A DNA stretch of 17,001 bases. Source: Archangiaceae bacterium. Lineage in GTDB: Bacteria; Myxococcota; Myxococcia; Myxococcales; Myxococcaceae. Shown here piece after piece: positions 1-7,098 of this stretch. Below the pieces are notes generated by a model that did no database searches, was not told the DNA's origin, and saw nothing but the letters and a program-made list of their open reading frames with translations. How positions within the stretch are numbered: the first letter of the stretch is position 1; each line of letters opens with the position of its first letter. The stretch covers positions 1 through 17,001 of the forward strand of contig JAYVCD010000139.1 of NCBI GenBank assembly GCA_043750125.1, given 5' to 3'. A program made the position numbers and the translations under genes.

Positions 1-86
1 AGCAGGGTTCCACCCCAGAGGAACCAATACGTGGGGGGCAGCTGACCGACCTCGGCACCGAACAGACGAAGCAGCCTGGACTTCAT
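1..86 (-). CDS. MFS transporter, N-terminal fragment (continues beyond left edge)
   Basis: Hand translation from ATG at 86: MKSRLLRLFGAEVGQLPPTYWFLWGGTL..., resembling the 'LPxxYWxLWxGTL' start of TM1 in MFS efflux-type transporters. Not in the ORF track; only 28 codons visible. Confidence 0.6.
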   Translation of the reverse strand, partial: MKSRLLRLFGAEVGQLPPTYWFLWGGTL

Positions 87-110
87 CGCCGTGGAACGCG
101 CAGCTGGGAC

Positions 111-671
111 TCAAACACCGCGCGGCATCTGGGTCCGCCGGGTCTTCGAAAGCTTGGCGTGCAGCGTGTCGGTCAGCAGGTACCAGAACTGCACTTCACC
201 AAAGCTGATGATGTCCCCGTCCTGCAGCAGGCTCTCTTTCTCTTTGCGCAGCCGGATGCTGGCGTTGAGGAAGGTGCCGTTGGTCGAGCCGAGATCCTGA
301 ATCGTCGCCCGCCCGTTCGCCGCGTCCCACCGCAGGGTCGCGTGCCGCTTGGACACCGAGGCGTCGTCGATCACCAGCTCGCAATCGGGCTGGCGACCCA
401 CCGACAGCTCGTCGATGCCCTGCAGTGGCGGCAGCATCGCGACCACCAGGGTGTCGAACTGAAACAGCAGCCCCAGCGTGCCGGACGAGACGGCGCCCGG
501 TCGCGCCATGGTGGTGCTCTGCACGTTCATCGGAAGCCCGAGCAGATCGGTCTGCTTCCCGTCCTGCGATTCGGGCGGCCGCTGGATCAGAACGAAGGGC
601 CCCATCTGCTTTCGAAACGCGTCGATCTTCAGCGACGTAGCCAGCTTCTCGAGCTCTTTGACCTGGAGCAC
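111..671 (-). CDS. FHA domain-containing protein (paralogue 1, 186 aa)
   Basis: FHA signature residues present: VGRQPDC, SVSKRHA, GSTNGTFLN, LQDGDIISFG. GTG start lies 3 nt after the stop of the upstream paralogue. Confidence 0.92.
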   Translation of the reverse strand: MLQVKELEKLATSLKIDAFRKQMGPFVLIQRPPESQDGKQTDLLGLPMNVQSTTMARPGAVSSGTLGLLFQFDTLVVAMLPPLQGIDELSVGRQPDCELVIDDASVSKRHATLRWDAANGRATIQDLGSTNGTFLNASIRLRKEKESLLQDGDIISFGEVQFWYLLTDTLHAKLSKTRRTQMPRGV

Positions 672-674
672 GCT

Positions 675-1196
675 TTAGCGCCCCGCCTTGAATTTCCCGG
701 TGGTCAGCCGGGCGTGCAGGGTGTTCGTCGACAGGTAGCAGAATTGGCTGTCGCCGAAGGAAATGGTGTCCCCATCGCGAACGACGATCTTCATGTGCAG
801 TTGGTCCCCATTGAGGTGCGTGCCGTTGGAAGACTTCTGGTCCTCGAGCAGCGCGTTGTTCCCGTCCCATTCGATGCGCGCGTGGTGCTTCGAGACCGAG
901 GGGTCGTCGATCACCAGATCGCAGTCCGGCATTCGGCCCACGTTCAACGGAGCGCCGGTATCGACGGGGGGCAGGGTGGCAACCATCAGGTCATCGAACT
1001 CGAGCAGCAGCTCGATGTCGTCGGCGGCCTCCCCCCGCTTGATCGCCACGGTGCGTTTGGCTCCCAGGGCCAGGGCCTTGAGCTGTTTGAGTTGATCTGG
1101 GGGGCGCTGAACGAGCACAAAAGGACCCAGCTGGCGCTCGAATTCTTCGCGGCGCATCGAGCCTGCGATTCTATGAAGTTCCTTCACCGACAGCAC
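675..1196 (-). CDS. FHA domain-containing protein (paralogue 2, ~173 aa)
   Basis: VGRMPDC, SVSKHHA, SSNGTHLNG, VRDGDTISFG. Start moved from 1262 to GTG at 1196 because MLSVKEL aligns with MLQVKEL of the paralogue, and 1262 would overlap greA. Confidence 0.92.
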   Translation of the reverse strand: MLSVKELHRIAGSMRREEFERQLGPFVLVQRPPDQLKQLKALALGAKRTVAIKRGEAADDIELLLEFDDLMVATLPPVDTGAPLNVGRMPDCDLVIDDPSVSKHHARIEWDGNNALLEDQKSSNGTHLNGDQLHMKIVVRDGDTISFGDSQFCYLSTNTLHARLTTGKFKAGR

Positions 1197-1203
1197 AGCG
1201 CGC

Positions 1204-1209
1204 ACGCTA
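1204..1209 (-). promoter_or_regulatory. Putative -10 element (TAGCGT) for a leaderless FHA transcript
   Basis: TAnnnT hexamer 7 nt upstream of GTG 1196; no Shine-Dalgarno. Confidence 0.4.
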
Positions 1210-1246
1210 GACCCGGGCAGGTCTGTTTCGCTATGGAGACGTTTCA

Positions 1247-1735
1247 ATGGCCGACACCACACCCATCACCGCTGCGGGCTTGCGCCGACTCAAGGACGAC
1301 CTGAAGCATCTCACGTCGATCGAGCGGCCGAAGATTACCCACGAGATCGAGATCGCCCGGGCCCACGGGGACCTCAAGGAAAATGCCGAGTACCACGCGG
1401 CCAAAGAGAAGCAGAGTCACATCGAGGGCCGGATCATGGACATCAACGGCCAGATCGCGCGCTGCGAAGTCGTCGATACCTCGAAGTTCAAGGGCACCGG
1501 CACCGTGGTGTTCGGCGCGACCGTCGAGCTCAACGATCTCGAGACCGAGAAGAAGGTCACCTACCGGCTGGTCGGCGAGTACGAATCAGACTTCAAGAAG
1601 AAGTGGATCAGCATCAGCACCCCGGTGGGCCGTGGGCTCGTCGGCAAGACCGTGGGTGATACCGCGATGATTCAGAGCCCCGGGGGCGCCCGGGAGTACG
1701 AGATCCTCAAAGTGACCTTCGAGGATGGCGAGTAG
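1247..1735 (+). CDS. greA: Transcription elongation factor GreA
   Basis: ARAHGDLKENAEYHAAKE with the catalytic acidic pair, VVFGATV, ISISTPVGRGLVGK; GGAG 8 nt upstream of the ATG. Confidence 0.96.
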   Translation: MADTTPITAAGLRRLKDDLKHLTSIERPKITHEIEIARAHGDLKENAEYHAAKEKQSHIEGRIMDINGQIARCEVVDTSKFKGTGTVVFGATVELNDLETEKKVTYRLVGEYESDFKKKWISISTPVGRGLVGKTVGDTAMIQSPGGAREYEILKVTFEDGE

Positions 1736-4283
1736 CAGTCACCCTCTTTTTCCGCTGCTGGGACCGCTGCGGTACGCGTGCGCGCGCGACTTCGTCAATC
1801 TCGCCACCATCAAAGAGCTTCGCCCGGCGATCGTCGGAGCACTGGCCCGCGCAGGAACCGTCCTCAAGCCGTCCACCACCCAGGCGCTGACCGACCAGCT
1901 GCAGTGGGTCGACAATCAGGACCTCTCGGTGCGGAAAAACGCGCTTCAGCACGTGCTGTTGGCCCTGCAGGACGAAGGGCTGCCGATCGACTTTCTGCCC
2001 CCGAGCGTTCCGCGGCCGATCCTCGTGCTCTCGCAGTCCGAGCCGGCGATGCAGTCGCCCCCGCCGCCCGGCACGCCCCTGCGGACGCTCGCGCGCAAAC
2101 CCACCGTCGTCCGGAAAAAAAAGGCCGCCCCGGCCGAGCTGAAAGAGGAAGACAGCCCGGCCCGAATGCTGTCGATCGCTCCCGGCTCGGGGCCGCTGGC
2201 GACGCCGTTGAACCAGGTGGGCTGGAAGCTGAACCCCCGACTGGTCGGGCTGCTCAACAAGAAGGGCGTGCGGAAGGTCGGCGACGTGCTGTTCCTGCTG
2301 CCCCGGGTTTACGAAGACCGCCGCACGATGAAGAAGATTTCCCAGCTGGTTTCGGGCGAGCGGGGGACGATCATCGCCGAGGTCAAGCGCGCCGAAGAGC
2401 AGGTCGGCCGGGCAGGGCGGCGCACCTTTCGGGCCGTGCTGTCGGACCCGACCGGCAGCATCGCCGCCACCCATTTTCAGACCGGCGCCTGGCTCAAGGC
2501 GAAGTACCCGATCGGCAAGCGGCTCGTCGTTTCCGGCGAAGTGCGCAAGAGCGCGTGGGGCTGGGAAATTCCCCACCCCGAGGTCGAGTCGGCCGACGAC
2601 GCGGACAGCTCGCCGGTGCACTTCAACCGCATCGTCCCCGTCTACCCGGGCTTCGAGCGCCACGAGCAACGCAACGTGCGCGAGCTGGCCTTCAAGATCG
2701 CCGCCGGGTTCGCCGACGCGCTCGAAGAGCCGCTGCCTTCGGCGGTGCGAGAACGGCAGCACCTGATGTCGTTGTCCGATGCGCTGCGGTACCTCCACTT
2801 CCCTCCGATGGACGCGCCGCTGGCCGCGCTCGATTCCCACCTGAGCTCGGCCCATCAGCGGCTGGCCTTCGACGAGCTGTTTTTCCTTCAGCTCGGGCTC
2901 GCGCTGCGCCGTCAGGGGGTGAAGGTTCAGCCGGGCATCGCCTTCGATGCCTCGAGCGCGAGACAGGCGATCGCGCTGGCACTGTTGCCGTTCGCCCTCA
3001 CCGGGGCGCAGAGCCGGGTCGTCGCCCAGGTCTGCCGCGACATGGCGAAGGCCGAGCCGATGAACCGCCTGGTGCAAGGGGACGTGGGCTCGGGGAAGAC
3101 GGCAATTGCGGTGATCGCTGCCGCCCTGGCTTTGCAGGACGGCCACCAGGTGGCGGTGATGGCTCCGACCGAAATTCTCGCCGAGCAGCACCACCGCACC
3201 TTCACCCGGTTGCTCGCGCCCCTGGGAATCAGCGTGAGCCTGGTCACCGGCAGCGCGGCGACCCGAGCGCGAAAGCAGCTGCGCGAGGGCCTGGCCAACG
3301 GAGTCGTGCGCGTCGCGGTGGGAACCCACGCGCTGATCCAGGAAGGGGTCGAGTTTCAGCGGTTGGGGCTGGTGGTGATCGACGAGCAGCACCGCTTCGG
3401 AGTGATTCAGCGCCATACCTTGATGGCCAAAGGGCCCCGCCCCGACACGCTGGTGATGACGGCCACTCCGATTCCCAGGACGTTGGCGATGACGCTGTAT
3501 GGAGATCTGGACGTCTCGGTGATCGACGAGCTGCCTCCGGGGCGCACCCCGATCGAGACGCGGATCTACAGCGAGAAGGCCCGGCCCCGCGCCTACCAGT
3601 CGGTGCAGGCCGAGCTCGACAAAGGGCACCAGGCGTACATCGTCTACCCGCTGGTCGAAGAGTCCGAGAAGGTCGACCTCGCCGACGCGACCCAGGGCGC
3701 GAAGGACCTGGCGGACGAATTTCCGAAGGCGCGCATCGGGCTGCTCCACGGGCGAATGAAGAACGACGAGAAGGAAGGGGTGATGGCGGCCTTCCGCGAT
3801 CGACAGCTCGACATTCTGGTCTGCACCACCGTCGTCGAAGTGGGCGTCGATGTACCGAACGCCTCGGTGATGGTGATCGAAGGGGCCGAGCGCTTCGGGC
3901 TCTCGCAGCTGCACCAGCTGCGCGGGCGGGTGGGGCGAGGCGCCGCACAGTCGTGGTGCTTCTTGATCGCGGGCTACGCGCGCAGCCAGATCGCGACCAC
4001 CCGTCTGAAAGTGATGGAAGAGAGCAACGACGGCTTCTTCATCGCCGAGAAGGACCTCGAGTTGCGGGGAGCGGGGGAATTTCTCGGCACCCGCCAGAGT
4101 GGAATTCCAGAGCTGGCCGTCGCCAACCTGGGCCGGGATCAAGCCCTGCTGGCCCAGGCCCAGGACGAGGCCCGCGCGATCGTCGCCGACGACCCCGAGC
4201 TGCTCAAGCCCGAGCATCAACGCCTGGTGCGCGCGCTGGAAGAACGATGGGAAGGGCGGCTGAAATTAGCGAGAGTCGGGTGA
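1725..4283 (+). CDS. recG: ATP-dependent DNA helicase RecG
   Basis: QRLAFDELF, QGDVGSGKT, DEQHRFG, MTATPIPRT, QLHQLRGRVGRG, DLELRGAGEFLGTRQSG. Has a ~150-aa N-terminal extension; exact start uncertain. Confidence 0.97.
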   Translation: MASSSHPLFPLLGPLRYACARDFVNLATIKELRPAIVGALARAGTVLKPSTTQALTDQLQWVDNQDLSVRKNALQHVLLALQDEGLPIDFLPPSVPRPILVLSQSEPAMQSPPPPGTPLRTLARKPTVVRKKKAAPAELKEEDSPARMLSIAPGSGPLATPLNQVGWKLNPRLVGLLNKKGVRKVGDVLFLLPRVYEDRRTMKKISQLVSGERGTIIAEVKRAEEQVGRAGRRTFRAVLSDPTGSIAATHFQTGAWLKAKYPIGKRLVVSGEVRKSAWGWEIPHPEVESADDADSSPVHFNRIVPVYPGFERHEQRNVRELAFKIAAGFADALEEPLPSAVRERQHLMSLSDALRYLHFPPMDAPLAALDSHLSSAHQRLAFDELFFLQLGLALRRQGVKVQPGIAFDASSARQAIALALLPFALTGAQSRVVAQVCRDMAKAEPMNRLVQGDVGSGKTAIAVIAAALALQDGHQVAVMAPTEILAEQHHRTFTRLLAPLGISVSLVTGSAATRARKQLREGLANGVVRVAVGTHALIQEGVEFQRLGLVVIDEQHRFGVIQRHTLMAKGPRPDTLVMTATPIPRTLAMTLYGDLDVSVIDELPPGRTPIETRIYSEKARPRAYQSVQAELDKGHQAYIVYPLVEESEKVDLADATQGAKDLADEFPKARIGLLHGRMKNDEKEGVMAAFRDRQLDILVCTTVVEVGVDVPNASVMVIEGAERFGLSQLHQLRGRVGRGAAQSWCFLIAGYARSQIATTRLKVMEESNDGFFIAEKDLELRGAGEFLGTRQSGIPELAVANLGRDQALLAQAQDEARAIVADDPELLKPEHQRLVRALEERWEGRLKLARVG

Positions 4284-4777
4284 TGAAGATGCTCTGGGTG
4301 GTCGCAGCCCTGCTGGTCGGCGCGGGCGCCAAAAGAACCGCCGCCCCCCCGAAGGACCTCTGGGACTTCGACAACCTCACCGCGCGGGTGTCGGCCAACG
4401 GCGAAACGTCCGACGAGCTGACGACCCTGGCGCTCACCCAGCTGGGGATTCGCCTCGAGGGCTCTTTTGCCTTTCAGGTCTCGGCCCACAACAACACCGT
4501 CGGGGGCGTCACCCTTCACCTCGAGGACCCTTCGGACCCGAAGGTCGCCTGCGCGCTGTATGCGACCCGCGAAGGCGAAGGCTTGAGCTTCAAAGACAGC
4601 CGCTGCTCTTTTCCCATCTTCAAAGATCGGCAGCGCACGGTGGCCACCTGTCGCCGCATCTCTGGCACCGCCCGGCGGGTGTCCGACCGGATCCTGCTCG
4701 AGGCGACCGCCCCTGACTGCACCGCGGCACCGATGGGGTTTCCCTTGCTGGTTCGGGCGAGCGTGAGACCACTGTGA
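4283..4777 (+). CDS. Hypothetical secreted protein (164 aa, 4 Cys)
   Basis: Real 3' part of the 999-aa track ORF. ATG overlaps the recG stop (TGATG). MKMLWVVAALLVGAGA looks like a signal peptide and composition is normal after this point. Confidence 0.75.
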   Translation: MKMLWVVAALLVGAGAKRTAAPPKDLWDFDNLTARVSANGETSDELTTLALTQLGIRLEGSFAFQVSAHNNTVGGVTLHLEDPSDPKVACALYATREGEGLSFKDSRCSFPIFKDRQRTVATCRRISGTARRVSDRILLEATAPDCTAAPMGFPLLVRASVRPL

Positions 4778-4803
4778 CGGTGCCGCAACCGCGACGGGTG
4801 GGC

Positions 4804-4809
4804 TAGCGT
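4804..4809 (+). promoter_or_regulatory. Putative -10 element (TAGCGT), leaderless or very short leader
   Basis: TAnnnT hexamer 8 nt upstream of ATG 4818, identical to the hexamer before the FHA gene; no convincing SD. Confidence 0.4.
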
Positions 4810-4817
4810 CCCTCGAG

Positions 4818-5387
4818 ATGATCGTCTGTCCCGTCTGCGAGACCCAGGTCGACTTTGGCTTCGAATGCGAAGTCTGCGGGAAAGACTTGTCGGCGGCCCT
4901 CGGTGCGCTGCCTCCGTTGCCGGTGCGAATTCAAAAAATGGTCGAGCTGGAAGTGACGATTCCCGACCGGGTGGGCGACATTCCGATCGAGCGTGCGGCC
5001 GATGTCGAGGTGACCGCGTTCGCCAAGACCGGTGCGGTCCTCGCCCCCACGATCGCCGACTTCGAGAAGACCGGGGCAGACAAGGTGGGCGAGGTTCCCG
5101 TCCTGCCCATCGACGACATGTCGGAAGATCGGGTCCCCGACGACGGATCGCGAACTGCGATTTCGACCGGACCCTTGACCTGCCGGTACTGCAAGACGCT
5201 GCAACAGGCCGGAACGATTTGTGAGCGGTGCGGAATGAAGTTGCCCCGGCTCGCCGTCGCCGCCGCGGTCGATTCGAAGAAAAAGAAGCTTGAAGTGTGG
5301 ACGCGGTGCAGGGCATGCGCAGCTCCCGCGTTGGGCGGAGAGCACTGTCGTGAGTGCGGCCACGAAGTCCCGATGCCCGAGGTCTAA
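4818..5387 (+). CDS. Triple zinc-ribbon protein with central 19-aa repeats (189 aa)
   Basis: Six CxxC pairs: CPVC/CEVC, CRYC/CERC, CRAC/CREC; acidic central region. Confidence 0.85.
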   Translation: MIVCPVCETQVDFGFECEVCGKDLSAALGALPPLPVRIQKMVELEVTIPDRVGDIPIERAADVEVTAFAKTGAVLAPTIADFEKTGADKVGEVPVLPIDDMSEDRVPDDGSRTAISTGPLTCRYCKTLQQAGTICERCGMKLPRLAVAAAVDSKKKKLEVWTRCRACAAPALGGEHCRECGHEVPMPEV

Positions 5388-5391
5388 AATT

Positions 5392-5739
5392 TTGGAAACC
5401 CCCGCTTCCGGCCAGAAAGACGCACTTGTCGCTTTGCAGGCCGAGCTGGCGTCGCGCCGCAGCGTGCTCCACTTCGCGCACAGCGCAGTCGCCACCATCC
5501 TCGCGTTGATCGCCGCCGGCACCACCGCGAAGCTGGTCTGGGATCTCGACCTCAAGCCGGCCACCGAGATCTTCGTGATTCCAGTCGGGTTGTTTTCCGT
5601 CCTCTGCTTCATCTACGGGTTCGTTCGGTACCTTTACGGCCGACGTGAGCTTCAGAAAGAGCTGGTCAGCTTCGCCCAACTGCAGACCTTGCGGCGCCAG
5701 CTGAACCTCGATGATCCGTCGAGCCTCCTGCCGCGATGA
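5392..5739 (+). CDS. Hypothetical membrane protein (2 TM, ~115 aa)
   Basis: Two hydrophobic segments (SAVATILALIAAGTTA; IFVIPVGLFSVLCFIYGFV). Stop overlaps the tmk start (ATGA). TTG start at 5392 chosen to avoid overlap with the upstream gene; start uncertain. Confidence 0.75.
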   Translation: METPASGQKDALVALQAELASRRSVLHFAHSAVATILALIAAGTTAKLVWDLDLKPATEIFVIPVGLFSVLCFIYGFVRYLYGRRELQKELVSFAQLQTLRRQLNLDDPSSLLPR

Positions 5740-6356
5740 GTCGCTTCGTGGTGATCGAAGGCCTCGATGGCGCGGGGACGACCACCCAATGTGCCGCGCT
5801 GGCCCGTGAGCTGCGCGCCCAGGGGCGGGAAGTCGTCACCACCCGCGAGCCGTCCGATGGGCCGATTGGAAAACTGATTCGCCAGGCCCTGACCCGGCAG
5901 TTGGGGCTGGCCGCGAAGAAAAAGCCGCTCACCCCCGAAACGCTGGCGCTGATGTTCGCGGCCGACCGGGTGGATCACGTCGCGCGTGAAATCAAACCGG
6001 CGCTGCAGAACGGAGCGGTCGTGCTCAGCGATCGCTACCTCTTGTCGTCGCTGGCGTACCAGGGCTCGCAGCTGCCGATTGCCTGGGTGGAAGAAATCAA
6101 CGCGATGGCCCGGGTTCCCGACTTGACGCTGTTTCTGGAAATTGACCCCGAGCTTGGGGCCCAGCGCCGCGCCGGGCGGGGCGGGAAGCAAGAGCTCTAC
6201 GAGACCCGGGCGATTCAGCGTCGAACGGCCAAGCAGTACCTGAAGGCGATCGCGCTGCGGCGGAAGGCGGGCGAGAAGATCGTGGTGATCGACGGGGGCT
6301 CCTCGGTCGACGAAGTCACCGCCGCCGCGATGAAGGCGCTCGAGAAGAGGCTCTAG
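5736..6356 (+). CDS. tmk: Thymidylate (dTMP) kinase
   Basis: FVVIEGLDGAGTTTQ, TREP, LMFAADR, VLSDRYLLSSLAYQG, PDLTLFL. Confidence 0.93.
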   Translation: MSRFVVIEGLDGAGTTTQCAALARELRAQGREVVTTREPSDGPIGKLIRQALTRQLGLAAKKKPLTPETLALMFAADRVDHVAREIKPALQNGAVVLSDRYLLSSLAYQGSQLPIAWVEEINAMARVPDLTLFLEIDPELGAQRRAGRGGKQELYETRAIQRRTAKQYLKAIALRRKAGEKIVVIDGGSSVDEVTAAAMKALEKRL

Positions 6357-6360
6357 CCCG

Positions 6361-7092
6361 ATGCGAACCGGGGCCGCGGCGATCATCATCGGCAATGAAG
6401 TGCTCACGGCGAAGGTCACCGAAGCCAACGGGACCTGGCTCATCAAGCGCCTGCGCGAGCGCGGGGTCCTGCTGCACTCGGTGCATTTCGTGCTCGATGA
6501 TGTCGACGCGATCATCGAAGCGGTCAGCGCGGCCCGGCGTCGCGCCCGGTGGATCTTCACCTCGGGCGGCATCGGCCCCACCCACGACGACGTGACCATT
6601 CGCGCGGTCGCGCTCGCTTTGGGCCGCCCGGTCGTTCGGCTCGCGCAGATGGAAGTGCTGGTGCGCGCCCATTACGCCGAACGGATGACGCCCGAAGCGC
6701 TGCGGCTCGCCGAGGCCCCCGAAGGCTCGACGCTGATCTACCAGGACGAGGCGCGCTACCCAGTCCTGGCCTGCGATGAGATCTACATGCTGCCTGGAGT
6801 TCCCCAGTTGTTCCGGCTGCAGCTCGAGACGATCCTGGCCGGGCTGCCGGTGACTGAGGTGAACATCCAGGTCCTCTACCTGGGGGCCGCCGAGGCCGAA
6901 ATCGCCGGAGCGATCGACAAAGTCGCCCTCGCCATGCCCGAGGTTGCGATCGGCAGCTACCCGACCTTCGACCCTCGCGCCGATTACCGGGTCAAGGTCA
7001 CGCTCGAACATGCCGAGCCCGGGCCGGTCGCCTTAGCGGTGAAGCGGCTCGAGGCACTGCTGCCCGAGGGCTGTCTGCTTCGCCGCGAGTAG
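6361..7092 (+). CDS. Stand-alone CinA N-terminal / COG1058 molybdopterin-binding-fold protein (putative ADP-ribose/FAD pyrophosphatase)
   Basis: IIIGNEVL, TSGGIGPTHDDVT, MLPGVP, IGSYP. At 243 aa it lacks the C-terminal NMN deamidase domain. Confidence 0.88.
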   Translation: MRTGAAAIIIGNEVLTAKVTEANGTWLIKRLRERGVLLHSVHFVLDDVDAIIEAVSAARRRARWIFTSGGIGPTHDDVTIRAVALALGRPVVRLAQMEVLVRAHYAERMTPEALRLAEAPEGSTLIYQDEARYPVLACDEIYMLPGVPQLFRLQLETILAGLPVTEVNIQVLYLGAAEAEIAGAIDKVALAMPEVAIGSYPTFDPRADYRVKVTLEHAEPGPVALAVKRLEALLPEGCLLRRE

Positions 7093-7098
7093 CGGCCT

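Noticed and set aside
1707-4220. 837-aa antisense ORF opposite recG (similarly 159-1304, 7750-9015, 9052-10182, 10552-12393, 12221-13723)
   Set aside because: Antisense shadows of well-supported genes, expected from GC-biased codon usage; no recognisable motifs.
1778-4282. 999-aa ORF overlapping recG in the -1 frame
   Set aside because: Arg/Ala/Gly/Pro-rich translation typical of shifted frames in high-GC3 genes; only 4283-4777 looks like a real protein.
5385-5390. TAAAAT as a -10 element
   Set aside because: It includes the stop codon of the upstream gene and sits only 1 nt before the proposed TTG start, too close to serve that start; unsupported.
7093-7098. Terminator between the convergent cinA-like and TPR genes
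   Set aside because: The gap is only 6 nt and I see no hairpin with a U-tract.
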